In this document: positions 24,301-36,151 of the stretch, in pieces
Layout: every line of letters starts with the position of its first letter
Position numbering within the stretch: position 1 is the first letter of the stretch
From: Nemertoderma westbladi
Lineage: Eukaryota > Animalia > Xenacoelomorpha
Reading direction: 5' to 3'
Assembly: GCA_032718475.1 (NCBI GenBank)
Contig: JAUCBJ010008002.1
Location: 1-45,054 of the forward strand
Length of the DNA stretch: 45,054 nt
Program-made: the position numbers and the translations under genes
Notes under the pieces: generated by a model
The model's input: only the letters and a program-made list of their open reading frames with translations
Told to the model about the DNA's origin: nothing
The model's database searches: none

Positions 24301-26146
24301 CTACTCATTTATACGCCCACTTACTTTGTAGCCATCCGGGGAACTTTCGGGCAATCTGTCGGAGATTTAGAATGTTGTTTACTTGTTCCTCCTTATTTAA
24401 TGGTTTTAGAGTGTAGTAGGCATCTTTCATGGAATCTGAGAACTCCTGGATATTCTGTGGGTCCCCTAGGGATCCCGCGTCCTGTATCAGTTTCTCGAGA
24501 GTTTTATTAATTATAGTCCCGATATTTCCGTATCTTTTGTCTAGAGTTTTCCATGCGTCATAGTATGCTTCATGAGATCCTCCCTCGAAACATTTAATGA
24601 TTCGGCGTGGTTTGTCGCCCAGGTATTGGGATAAATTTACCAGTTTTTGTGCGTCGGTTATATCCGTTGACCCAATCTGAGTGAAGAACCGTTTCTTGAA
24701 TCCGAGGTAATCGATGGGGTCCCCTTCGAAGGTGCGGATCTCCATCTTGGGCATGGCCAGGTGGTTTTCCAATGCCCGGATAATACCGACGTCATCTGAA
24801 CTGGAATGACTAGGAGGGTTATAGTTATTGGCATTCTCTCCCATGCACGATGGATCGATGAGAGGTGGAGTTTTAATGATGACACGGTTACGGATTTGTG
24901 GTGTGGATGTAAATGGGTTGTTGGATCGAGGGGTGGCATCCCGTTCCGAGTCCTTTTCAGGCTCGTACTTGGGAACGCTCGGGACCGTGGGGTTGGCCGG
25001 GAAATAAAGTTCCTCATTCTTAAGCGTAACCGGTGAGGGATGGAATACCGGTGCTTGTGCCGATAACGTAGACTGTATGGTTGGCGGGAACTCGGGTTTC
25101 GGAGGTTTCGCCGCCGGTGGCGTAAATGACTTCTCTAATTCCGGGACCGGGATTGGTTCATAGTTCTGTTCTATACCCCTTTCCCAGTCCTCATATAGTT
25201 GAAGAGCCCGTTCTATGAGTGCGGCTTCGTATTCCGCGAGTTTCGCAATATCCGCATTCTTTTTATGGATGAGAATCGCTTGGGCCTCGGCATGTTGTTT
25301 ACACATTTCTGCCTCTAGTTTACGTTGTTCGGCCTCCTGTTTGGCCTCTCGTTCACGTTGTTCGGCCTGTTGTTCGGCCTCTCGTTCACGTTGTTCGGTC
25401 TCTCGTCTATGTTGTTCGGCCTGTTGTTCGGCCTCTCGTCTACGTTGTTCGGCCTGTTGTTCGGCCTCTCGTTTACGTTGTTCGGCCTGTTGTTTGGCCT
25501 CTCGTTTTTGCATTTCGGCTGCTAATACATCTTGCTCGACTCGCAGTTGAACATATTCATCTTCCATCCGAGCTTTGAGGGCCAATGCCCTCTGTTCTCG
25601 TAGCTGATCTCGGAGTGGCTGACCCCCTTGAGAGCTGCGTGCTGAACCGGACATCTCGCTCCTAGCGCTGTAGTGCTGGTGCCTCGAGGACCCCGTTCTC
25701 TTTCGATGAATTGCTGTCCTGGTGCTGGAGGTTCGCACCGATTCTGCGTCTGTTCTTTCAGTTCTCTTATAGTACTGTTCCTCGTAGCCTCTCACGAGGC
25801 TGAGGGTCCTCCGGTGTTGTTTGCGGAACTCATCTAGATGTACAACGTGTTCTTCTAGTCTGGGGTAGTTTACCTGATCGGTGGTGGGGATGAGTTCTTG
25901 ATACGCCTGTATCACCCTCTCATATTGTTGTAAGATACTTCGGATATTCTGTAGCTGAGTTTGTATCTCGTTGATGGGGGTTTCGACTCCCTTGAGTTGT
26001 TTCTCTATACGTTGATACGCTCGAGTGACTCCGCCTTTGAGAGCGCCTAGTCGACGGGTCATGTTCTTTACGTTCGGTACCTCATCGGCTTCCGAGTCTG
26101 TGTGGTGGTCCATCTCATCGGAATCGGAGATGTTGTTCGTCGTCAT
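21362..26146 (-). pseudogene. BEL/Pao gag-pol of element 2: gag (DUF1759-like), aspartic protease, RNase H tail, integrase; RT missing
   Basis: Gag: FEGDPIDYLGF, KLVNLSQYL, AWKTLDKRYG. In-frame stop at 24305. Protease: AFLDNGS, LLIGLD, TIMGW. This runs directly into FVANR..WHHVNGKENPADLLSRG. Integrase: HAENHHVG/CFPC, GVDCFGP, SDNGTNF, GVWEKL, RPIQRLCLL. Confidence 0.92.
25310..25510 (-). repeat. 33-bp coding tandem repeat in gag (EAEQQAEQRxR coiled coil)
   Basis: About 6 copies of TGTTCGGCCTGTTGTTCGGCCTCTCGT-like units. Confidence 0.85.
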
Positions 26147-26822
26147 TCTAGCGCCTCGTTGATAGCTAGATATGCGATGTCGTAAAATAGTTCTTCGTAG
26201 GTCTCGTATTCAGCTTGGACTACCCGAACGGTAATCCTGAATCATCCGATGTTCGTTCCTTGTACTTCAACTTCGACGTGCCAGATTCCTGGCTCAACTT
26301 GGATTATATCAATGGGTGTGATCGATACTTCCATTCCCTGTTAACGACTCTCTATATGTGATCTGCCGACTACGAGTTTATTAGTTCGAGTTTGTCGATT
26401 GATTAAACCACGGCTTTGTCTTAACTCAAATACCAGAGTTTCCTCGTAGTGGGTGCTGGGTATGCACGGAGAGAGTTTGAAGAGTATTGTAGGATTCCCA
26501 ACTTCCACCAGTCGAAGTTGGCTGCGTCTTATTCTCAATTTTGACAGCCTGTCAAAATTGATCCTCTTATTCTCAATTTTGTTGCCGTTATTCCCGACAC
26601 CATGGGGGAAAACGCCGATGCTGGAGGCGGAACTTTTCAGACCACGGAATCCTGGCCTGTCACTGGATATTGGTAGTGGAGAAGGAATACATTCTTAAAT
26701 GCAAGATTGCGATTGAGGAAAAGTTTCATTGGTTGGATATACTCTTTAATGTAACTTCCCTACAGTTGAACCTTGATTGAGAATAAGTTGGGCTTCCCCA
26801 AACCAATATACACCAAATATTT

Positions 26823-27893
26823 ACAATAATATAACACGACAATATAAATCCCTACAGTACATTATTTAATTACCCACTGTTCGCTCAGATTTTAGCCTAA
26901 CTAATGTTCCCCAATTTTCCCCCGGTCCTAGTCTCGGTACCGTAGTGTCGGTGTCGGTCGACCCTGTTGCGTGTCCGTTCCACCCTTCCCGAACCCCGAA
27001 GGGATCGGTCATCAGGAACCAGTACGGCTTGGCTAGGTGTCTGTCATGTCGGTGGACCCGTTTGCGTGTCCGTCCCACCCTTCCCGAACCCCGAAGGGAT
27101 CGGTCATCAGGAACCAGTACGGCTTGGCTAGGGGTCCATCGGTTCATCGCAGGGACCCAACCACCTAGGCTTTCTGAGTCCTTATTCAGGCTCGTAGTCG
27201 CTTCGGCATCCAAGAAGCTGCTCCGAACAGTCGGTAGGCCAGTAGAGTCCAGTCCTTTGTCTTTCGACCCCGTTGCGTGTCCGTCCCACCCTTCCCGAAC
27301 CCCGAAGGGATCGGTCAGGAACCAGTACGGCTTGGCAAGGGGTCTGTCAGCCCATCGTGAGCCCCAACGGTTGGTCGTACTAACTCCAGTCGTGGAACCC
27401 ACTTCAGGAAGGCAGTCCTCGTCGAACCCTTCCTCCGTTAGTCGGTCGACCCGTTCGCATGTCCGTCCCACCCTTCCCGAACCCCGAAGGGATCAGTCAG
27501 GAACCAGTACGGCTTGGCTAGGGGTCTGTTGTTCCCTGACACAAGCAGCAGACTTTCCGATGTCCTTTTCAGGCTCGTAATAACTGCTGTTGGCCAGGGA
27601 CCACTAAGGGCAGTCCTTGTCCTTTAGACCTAGCGAGTTACCAAATCCACCTCTACAGGCAGCAGGAAGTTGGCTAGGCCTAATAGTAATCAGGCAAACC
27701 TGAATACTGCTTAACTTTTCCTCCCACCCCTGGCCCTTAAATACATGAAATGAGTCCCGTACCCCGTAAGTCGCGCCAATATTCGCAATAAAATCCCATG
27801 TTCCCGCACCCAGTAGTGATATCGGAATATCCATTTAAAATAAATCCAAAAAATATTCAACTCGCGTTAGGAAAAGTTGAAATACCGCGAACA
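26823..27893 (-). repeat. 5' LTR of element 2
   Basis: Direct repeat of 12990-14130, ending GCGAACA at 27893 on +. No convincing PBS or TSD found. Confidence 0.92.
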
Positions 27894-28095
27894 TGGTGAT
27901 TATTGGAGACAACAATATTTATTTCGACAATGTGAGGGCTTCGGTCAACAATATCACAAATTGCATGATTCCTTCATGATACAATCAATACTCAATATAT
28001 ATTCATCTATTAAGTATAAAAATAAAAATAAATAGCCAATAATACTGAACATAATGTCGTCTCTCTAATATTAATCAGCCACTCCTCACTCACCT

Positions 28096-28947
28096 TTAAT
28101 ATAATTGGATCATCATAATGTGTCTATATTTCGATGATTCATATTTATTACCTAGAGTATGCCAGTATGGTGCGCCTTCTACCTTAGGAATAGTACCCAA
28201 TAGATTGGAGTAGGAGAAGGGAGTGCATCCTTTATACCACCACCCAGCCCCGTCTACAGCGCAGTTCATATCTCTTTCGGCGTCGTTATCCTCATCGTGT
28301 GCGGTAAACAAGGCCCCATTGATATCGGAATTAATTCCATCCGTTCCATTCGTCATCGAGTCCCCCGCGGTTGACAACGGGTTGTAACCGGAGACATGCA
28401 ACCGAAACTTCTCGTGTTCCGAGCCGACACTAAACTCGGAATATTCCGACCAGTACCACTTATCCTCATTCAGGTTATGGAACTCGATTCTGAGAGAAAC
28501 TCCGCGTTTCGTTAACTTATTAATATTTTTTAACCCAATCCAGTAGTAGTAATCTTCATTAAATAGTCCATCTTTGTACTCTTCCCAATTGAAGTTCCCC
28601 TTCCCCTCTCCTTCAAATTCACCCTGTCCAAATTCTACTGATTTTTTCACCTCTCCTAGCAACAGATAAGGGCCACCATCATGATCTAGGCGTCCCGGCG
28701 AGCAATAAAAGTAGGGGAGATCGTAGAATCTCGATTCATAACGAGAAAACTCCTGAACTGTTTTACGTTTGTTTGGCGTTTCTTCACGGCATGGGTTGAT
28801 GATGTTGTTATAAAATTCGACATTTTCGTCTTTAGCTAAAAACCAGTCATAATCTGAGGCCTGAAGTTTATCCTCGAACCTATACCTCATGGAACTCAGT
28901 AGTCGACCAGCATTTCTCAATTGATTTATTTCATCTGGTTTGGGGAC
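28096..28947 (-). CDS. Terminal exon encoding a fibrinogen C-terminal (FReD) domain protein
   Basis: FNWEEYKDG, YWIGLKNINKLT, LRIEF, YSEFSVGSEHEKFRLHVSGY, AGDSM, FTAHDEDND, NCA..GWWYKGC..SNL. Phase-0 acceptor TTTTAAACAG|GTC at 28948/28947. Confidence 0.85.
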   Translation of the reverse strand, partial: VPKPDEINQLRNAGRLLSSMRYRFEDKLQASDYDWFLAKDENVEFYNNIINPCREETPNKRKTVQEFSRYESRFYDLPYFYCSPGRLDHDGGPYLLLGEVKKSVEFGQGEFEGEGKGNFNWEEYKDGLFNEDYYYWIGLKNINKLTKRGVSLRIEFHNLNEDKWYWSEYSEFSVGSEHEKFRLHVSGYNPLSTAGDSMTNGTDGINSDINGALFTAHDEDNDAERDMNCAVDGAGWWYKGCTPFSYSNLLGTIPKVEGAPYWHTLGNKYESSKYRHIMMIQLY

Positions 28948-29036
28948 CTGTTTAAAATAATTTAAGGAAAAATACATATATATTATTATTATTATTAATA
29001 TAAATTTACACCATAACTTAGACGCGAAAAAAGATC

Positions 29037-30102
29037 TACTACTACTACTGGGATCGGCATGCTGCATTGCAGCAGCATTTTTAAGAATGCTGTGCCGGCT
29101 TGTCGACAAAATTGCGTCGCCACAACTCCATATCACCCATGACATTTGCTAGATCATCCGCATCTTCAAGGCCGGTGTCCTATAAGATGCGTCTCAAGAA
29201 AGTCATGTACTGTCCACCATGCCTATTCACTCCATGAGGCTGCAAAAGCACAAGAGTATGCACTGGCTGGTCCTCACGGCGAAAGCAATGTCCTGCAAAG
29301 CGGAGGCGACTTTGTTCTAGTGTCAAGCTTGGGGGAACCAATGAGACACTTCCAATGTTATATAGTGTCTGGTTGGAGAAGTGTGCATTGTACTTGGCAT
29401 TGTGTTTGAGAAAGACCCTGTCCATTCTGCCGCTAGGGGGCGAAATGGGGCTGTTTTATAATATAGTGTCTGGTTGGAGATGTGTGCATTGTACTTGACA
29501 CAATGAACCTGGAGTAGCATTCTTGTGAATGTGCCATCCAGAGATTTGGTGTCTCCGATTAATTATCTGTGACTTCCAAATCCTGGAAAGCCTATTCAAG
29601 GCTGCCTGACTTCCGTATCCATGATCCCAGGAAACATAAGTTGTCCACATGCTCAAGCATGCCATCCTTTGAGCTTAAAAAAAAAAAAAACAAAAAAAAC
29701 GGCCCCCCAGAACTTTACTCCGCAGAGGAAACTCCAGTACTCATTTAGCTACCACCTAAGGATGCAAGGCAGAGATGCGCCCTGGCTGGTCCCTTTAAAG
29801 CATTCGTGCCGAAACGAAAACTGCCCTGGCCCATGTGAGGATCGAACCCACGACCTACAGGAGATGTGAATTCAATGCAACCACTACACCAAGGTGGAAT
29901 ATCTTATGCTCATCCGGTCAGAAACTTGCTGAGGACTTTCAAAGTTAACTGTGAAAATTTTGGTCTTTCTGGAGTTAATAAAAAGACCAACACTAGAAGC
30001 AGCATGTTATAATAAGCTGAGGAGCCGTTGGGCTCCCTCTCGTGATTCTGAGAGTACTCCTAAGTCATCAGCAAAGTCTAGATCAGTTAGGTACTTGGAA
30101 GG
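29037..30102 (-). mobile_element. Rearranged 3' fragment of RTE family A
   Basis: Reverse complement of ~19955-20798 (KYLTDLDFADD through to the (TAG)n tail), with deletions, a local duplication at ~29360/29462 and a SINE insertion. Confidence 0.9.
29678..29901 (-). mobile_element. tRNA-derived SINE with a Meta-like central domain and T-rich tail
   Basis: On -: A box TGGTGTAGTGG, B box GGTTCGATCC, body CTCTGCCTTGCATCCTTAGGTGGTAGCTAAATGAGTAC, then a T-run. It interrupts RTE sequence GAGCTTA|TGCTC with CTTA on both sides. Confidence 0.7.
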
Positions 30103-30311
30103 TTTCCATGACTTATGCAGCCAGGAAAGAAAACTCTTGTTAACTTTTTGGATCAGACTTTTACATTTGACTGGTACTTTTATTCTTGTGGTCGAGGTTT
30201 GAGACATCCATGATACAATCAAGAAAGTCAAGATTACGAAGATACAGGATTTCGTCACCGATTGAAAATTATATTTTACATGCATGAGACAAGAGTTGCA
30301 AAGCCACTTAC

Positions 30312-30362
30312 CTTGCCAGAAGGTCTCACTATAAGCTTCATCGGATTATAAGCAGAGCACAT
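30312..30362 (-). CDS. Possible 51-nt internal exon of the FReD gene (MCSAYNPMKLIVRPSGK)
   Basis: TTTCACAG acceptor and AAG|GTAAGT donor. The open frame is phase-compatible with the terminal exon. No homology support. Confidence 0.3.
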
Positions 30363-30444
30363 CTGTGAAATCTCTTTCTAAATAATTAACAAAAGAAAGG
30401 CTATTAATTCAAACAATTGTGTAAGAAAGTTTAGAACTGAAATC

Positions 30445-32347
30445 GAGTCGATTCGAACTCGGTCAGTGGAAATGGGATTCTTCCAGGTTTCCCGATTCTA
30501 CTACTACTACTAGGTCGAGCGAACTCGGACAGTGGAAATGAGATCCTTCCAGGCTTCCCGATTCTACAACTACTACTAGGTCGAGCGAACTCGGATAGTG
30601 GAAATGAGATCCTTCCAGGCTTCCCGATTCTCCAACTACTACTAGGTCGAGCGAACTCGGACAGTGGAAATGAGATCCTTCCAGGCTTCCCGATTCTCCA
30701 ACTACTACTAGGTCGAGCGAACTCGGTCAGTGGAAATGAGATCCTTCCAGGCTTCCCGATTCTCCAACTACTACTAGGTCGAGCGAACTCGGACAGTGGA
30801 AATGAGATCCTTCCAGGCTTCCCGATTCTACTACTACTACTAGGTCGAGCGAACTCGGACAGTGGAAATGAGATCCTTCCAGGCTTCCCGATTCTCCAAC
30901 TACTACTAGGTCGAGCGAACTCGGACAGTGGAAATGAGATCCTTCCAGGCTTCCCGATTCTACTACTACTACTAGGTCGAGCAAACTCGGATAGTGGAAA
31001 TGAGATCCTTCCAGGCTTCCCGATTCTACTACTACTACTAGGTCGAGCGAACTCGGACAGTGGAAATGAGATCCTTCCAGGCTTCCCGATTCTCCAACTA
31101 CTACTAGGTCGAGCAAACTCGGATAGTGGAAATGGGATCCTTCCAGGCTTCTCGATTCTCCAACTACTACTAGGTCGAGCGAACTCGGACAGTGGAATGA
31201 GATCCTTCCAGGCTTCCCGATTCTACAACTACTACTACTAGGTCGAGCGAACTCGGACAGTGGAAATGAGATCCTTCCAGGCTTCCCGATTCTCCAACTA
31301 CTACTAGGTCGAGCGAACTCGGACAGTGGAAATGAGATCCTTCCAGGCTTCCCGATTCTCCAACTACTACTAGGTCGAGCGAACTCGGACAGTGGAAATG
31401 AGATCCTTCCAGGCTTCCCGATTCTCCAACTACTACTAGGTCGAGCGAACTCGGACAGTGGAAATGAGATCCTTCCAGGCTTCCCGATTCTACTACTACT
31501 ACTAGGTCGAGCGAACTCGGACAGTGGAAATGAGATCCTTCCAGGCTTCCCGATTCTCCAACTACTACTAGGTCGAGCAAACTCGGATAGTGGAAATGAG
31601 ATCCTTCCAGGCTTCCCGATTCTACAACTACTACTAGGTCGAGCGAACTCGGACAGTGGAAATGAGATCCTTCCAGGCTTCTCGATTCTCCAACTACTAC
31701 TAGGTCGAGCGAACCTGGACAGTGGAAATGAGATCCTTCCAGGCTTCCCGATTCTCCAACTACTACTAGGTCGAGCAAACTCGGACAGTGGAAGTGAGAT
31801 CCTTCCAGGCTTCCCGACTCTACTACTACTACTACGTCGAGCGAACTCGGACAGTGGAAATGAGATCCTTCCAGGCTTCCCGATTCTACAACTACTACTA
31901 GGTCGAGCGAACTCGGATAGTGGAAATGAGATCCTTCCAAGCTTCCCGATTCTCCAACTACTACTAGGTCGAGCGAACTCGGACAGTGGAAATGAGATCC
32001 TTCCAGGCTTCCCGATTCTCCAACTACTACTAGGTCGAGCGAACTCGGGCAGTGGAAATGAGATCCTTCCAGGCTTCCCGATTTTCCAACTACTAGGTCG
32101 ATCGAACTCGGACAGTGGAAATGAGATCCTTCCAGGCTTCCCGATTCTCCACCTACTACTAGGTCGAGCGAACTCGGACAGTGGAAATGAGATCCTTCCA
32201 GGCTTCCCGATTCTCCAACTACTACTTGGTCGAGCGAACTCGGACAGTGGAAATGAGATCCTTTCAGGCTTCCCGATTCTCCAACTACTACTAGGTCGAG
32301 CGAACTCGGACAGTGGAAATGAGATCCTTCCAGGCTTCCCGATTCTC
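30445..32347 (-). repeat. 66-bp satellite (~29 units) derived from the 3' end and tail of RTE family C
   Basis: Unit on -: TGGAGAATCGGGAAGCCTGGAAGGATCTCATTTCCACTGTCCGAGTTCGCTCGACCTAGTAGTAGT. This matches the last codons (ENREAWKDLISTVRVRST*) plus tail of the LINE at 33868-33933. Confidence 0.96.
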
Positions 32348-32514
32348 TAATACTAACAAATACTAATGTCTTTTTTGCTACTCTCTTTCCATGATGCAAG
32401 GTACTGGTACTGGTACTTTAGAATGCTAATCTATTTATATTTTAAATTTTATTAAACCTTATTTTATCATTGAGCTGGAAGTATTAGTAACTTGTTGTTG
32501 AGATAAGCAGAAAA

Positions 32515-32741
32515 CCTTTCAGATAGCCTTTAGAGCCTTGGTAGATATCCTTTCTGCCCTTCGGTCTATTCGATTCTGAGACGGCAGAATTCCTAAAGGA
32601 GGTGGGAAACAAGTGGAGCCGCGTTTGCATCGGTTCCTCCATCCAAGTCTCATCATTGCCACCCGTATCAACTCCATCCTCGGCATCTTGCAGGCCTGTA
32701 TCCACCTTTTACAGTACCAGTACAAATAAAACCCTACGCAT
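32515..32741 (-). pseudogene. Possible first exon of a secreted protein with a stop inside the signal peptide
   Basis: ATG at 32741 gives MRRVLFVLVL*KVDTGLQDAEDG..., in frame with ORF 32484-32705. GC-richer island in AT-rich DNA. Confidence 0.3.
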
Positions 32742-33797
32742 CGCACTTTTATTAAATAATTTTAGTAATATCAACGAAAAAAAAATATTGATGTGAGCCT
32801 GTAAGGGCTCTTATATTTTGTTCCAGAATGACCGTACACAATTTACAGACAATATTGAAATATACAGTAGTTCACAAAACAAATTAAAATATAATTCACC
32901 TTGAGAGCATTTCAAATTTGTTTGTATGTTCTGCAATTTTTTTGTGTGCTATTATGTTTAAGTGCCCTGGCAGGAACTGACAGTAGCGGTAGCGGTAGCT
33001 AGTAATGCCGGTTCCTGCCGTCGGTCAATCAGGGGTGGGTGGGGGAGGGGGGGAGGGGGGGGGGGGAATTTCAAGGGATGCCGCCAGCCACTACTAAGTT
33101 AAATTCTGCTATATCCATAACCATAACCAATAGTTGTATTCCAACTATTTTTTACCTGTGATATCTGTTGTAAATAATTAAATTCTTATTTTTTGGAAGA
33201 TTAGGTTTGATATTTATTTGTATTTAATTTATATCATTTTTGTTTTTACTGTAGTTCATTAATTAATAAATTGAAACTGAAAAGATTAGGCAAAAATATT
33301 ATTTCATTTTAGACAACAAACATAATGTATTAATAATATGGTAGACCTATATATATATATATGGTTTATTGACTGAATAATTATACAAATTAACAGAAAT
33401 TATACAGGAATAATCAAAAACACAATTATAGTAGATTATTATATGGCACAGCACAGGTATAATTATTTCGGTGCAGTCCTTTATGCAAGTAACTCCTACA
33501 TTATGACAAAACTACTGCATATAGTAAAATTGAATAGCACAATTAAATATTATAATGGCAAATTACTTAAAACCTACTTAAAATATCAGAAACAACTTAA
33601 CATTCTATCGTCTTCAAACAGATCTTGCACATTCGAAAAAGATATGGTATTCTTGTATTTTGAGCGCAGGTCTACAGTAAGAGGTCAATGTAGCAGTACG
33701 TGCGATTCATCCTGTACCGACAAGTTGTCATGAAGGCATGCGGCTCCATCGGCCTTTTACAATTTTTAAATTATGGGACGATAGGCGTAGTCTAGTA

Positions 33798-35575
33798 TAC
33801 TACTACTACTAGGTCGAGCGAACTCGGACAGTGGAAATGAGATCCTTCCAGGCTTCCCGATTCTCCAACTACTACTAGGTCGAGCGAACTCGGACAGTGG
33901 AAATGAGATCCTTCCAGGCTTCCCGATTCTCCATAGTTGTCGCAATCTCGTTTCTCCCAAGTTCAGTATACCTTTCAAGTTGATCTATATATGTTATGGC
34001 AGGTCGTCCACGACTACGCTTTCCATGAGTTGGTTGCCAGAGAAGTAGATCTGGTATGACCTCGACTTTATTTCGCCAGCAGTGCCCACTGAATCTTAAT
34101 CTGCGTCCACGGAGGGTGGTTGATACAGGTGGTATTGTACCATAAAGCTCGGCGTTTGTCATGTGTTGTCTCCAGCTGATGTTTAGGGCTGCCCTTAGTA
34201 GTCTTGTGTAGCAACCATCAATTCGTTGTTCAAGTGATTTAGTCAGTGTCCAGGTTTTACTCCCATATAAAAATACACCTTTTTTCCACTGTGGCTCGAA
34301 AGAACTTAGTCTTCAGGTGCCTGGAGAGATCTGATTTCCAGATGGAATCCATTTTTGATAGAGGTACCCAAGCCTTTGCTTTCCAATCTTCTATGTCCTT
34401 TTTGCTACTCTCTATCCATGATCCAAGGTACTGGAAGTCGTCGACCTTCCTTAGTTGATTATTATCAATGGTTGTCAAGTTTCCATCAACATTAAAGGTT
34501 ATGAATTTGGTCTTGGTAGCATTTATATGCAATGCAAATTGTATGTATTTAATTCCAAACATATGGAGTAAAATGAACAACATGGTTATTAAAAGTTTTA
34601 CAAAATAAATAAAATAATATATAAAATATTGTGCTATTAAAAACTCATTTATATGCAATCCAACCTCCTTAGCAGCCCTCTCCACTTTATTTAGTAGAAG
34701 CTGTGCATCTGCTAGCGTATTAGAGAGCAGGGCGATGTCATCCGCAAAGTCGGTGTCTGTGACTGTAGTTGCTGGATATCTACTACTTCTGCGTTCTTGA
34801 AGTGTCAATCCCAGATCTTCACCCTTTGTGGCCGTCCTCATTGCGTAATCCAGCACAATTACAAATAGTAATGGTGCTAATGTGTCACCTTGCAGTACGC
34901 CAGCCAGGATTGAGAAAAAACTCAGTTTCACCATCTGGTGAGAGTACCTGTGCTTCTGTGTCACAATATAACAATCCAATGCCAGCAACAATTACTTCTG
35001 GTATTCCATAAGCTCTTAGGATTTCAAGCATTTTACCTCTATGGATGGAGTCGAATGCCTTCTTGAATTCCACAAAAGTCATGACTGCGGGGAGATTCTT
35101 TGACTTAATTCCTTCAATCAGTCTCCGTAGTGCAAGTATCTGAGCTATTGTTGATCTACTTGGTCGAAATCCGTTTTGGCTCTTACGCAGTAGTTTCTCT
35201 ATGTGAGGCATAATCCTATATAGAATCATTTTATTGTATATTTTGGCAGCTACCACAAGCAGACAGATCCCACGATAGTTTGTTGGTATGCCGAGGTCTC
35301 CTTTCTTGGGGAGAGGCTTTAGTTGACCTTTAGTCCAAATTGGTGGTGGCTTTTCCCCTTTTAACATCCGGTTGCAAACATTCAATAATGGTCTGTTTAG
35401 CACTCCGGTTTTCCATACCTCCGCTGGGATTTCATCTAATCCACTTGCTTTATAATTGGACATGCTTTTAATGCTTCTTTGGAGTTCGGCAGGTGTGAAG
35501 TCCCCTGTTTCTATAGGTAGTGTGAAGTCCCCAGTCCCCTGTTTCTATAGGTAGTGTCTTGTCATATATTTTTCT
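33798..35575 (-). mobile_element. RTE-clade LINE (family C), 5'-truncated, RT only, with a duplicated 3' end
   Basis: ASGLDEIPAE, PKKGD, YRGICL, QNGFR, FKKAFDS, GVLQGDTLAP, DFADD, FQYLGS, RRLRFSGHC, GRP. (TAG)n tail, with the terminal 66 bp present twice. Confidence 0.92.
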
Positions 35576-35863
35576 CGTAAGGTTTTAGTCTAGTATAGAC
35601 TATACGTATACCGTCCGGAATATAAATGTGTTTCTGAAAATATATCGCATGTGGCCATGTGGGCATAGTTTGGGGTTAACGTTTCATATTTCGTTGCCGT
35701 TACAGGCTTACTTGAAATATACACACACGGTTTATCAGGTAATGACCCCCGGTATTTCCTACCTTACATACCTCTAATACATAGTGCACCGGTAAATTCA
35801 AATCAGAACTATCTTGCATCTACATGCTAAAAATACGTTCCTACGCTTTACAATTAACTCATT

Positions 35864-36062
35864 TTATGTATGGGAAACCTCCTCCAAACAAAGCTCATTG
35901 GGCGTCTGCATCCTCACCGATAACAATAACTTTATCATCTTATAGTATAGGCCTACAGTCTCAATACACTTTACATTATTTGTCAACCATGTTTCGGAAG
36001 CATATAATAATGACGCGAGTACGCTAGGCTTCAAATACAAAGGGAAGGTTTGGGTTACTCGC
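35864..36062 (-). mobile_element. Degenerate LINE RT C-terminal fragment
   Basis: VLASLLYASETW..IETV..KMIKLLLSVRMQTPNELCLEE resembles the post-RT region of L2/CR1-group LINEs. Confidence 0.55.
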
Positions 36063-36074
36063 ACAAAATATGAT

Positions 36075-36151
36075 ACTACTACTACTACTAGGATCGGCAT
36101 GCTGCATTGCAGCTGCATTTTTAAGAATGCTGTGCCGGCTTGTCAACAAAA
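36075..36151 (-). mobile_element. ~75-bp 3' stub of RTE family A with a 13-bp target-site duplication
   Basis: Matches the reverse complement of ~20726-20798 with a (TAG)5-6 tail. ACAAAATATGATA at 36063-36075 and 36146-36158. Confidence 0.88.

Larger units (their letters stand above)
12990..27893 (-). mobile_element. BEL/Pao LTR retrotransposon (element 2): LTR-gag-PR-[RT deleted]-IN-(RTE insertion)-ORF3-PPT-LTR
   Basis: Two near-identical ~1.1-kb direct repeats. Both start TGTTCGCGG on the - strand. PPT TGGGGGGGAC lies directly before the 3' copy. BEL gag and pol motifs are on - between them. Confidence 0.93.

Noticed and set aside
28948-29145. N-terminal 66 aa of the 349-aa ORF as an RTE-FReD fusion or signal anchor
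   Set aside because: It is an off-frame RTE 3' end, tail and ATT microsatellite upstream of a good splice acceptor, so most likely intron.
29825-29897. Functional tRNA genes here and at 44527-44592
   Set aside because: A and B boxes are present, but acceptor and anticodon stems do not form; these look like SINE heads.
30727-32399. 409-aa and 129-aa ORFs with 22-aa His/Cys repeats
   Set aside because: By-product of a 66-bp unit (a multiple of 3) read in an alternative frame of the RTE 3' end, and broken by indels.
32968-33066. Hairpin GGCAGGAAC..GTTCCTGCC plus G-run, and hairpin ACGGGCCGG..CCGGCCCGT at ~36230
   Set aside because: Isolated. They could be DNA transposon or Helitron ends, but no partner terminus or TSD was found.
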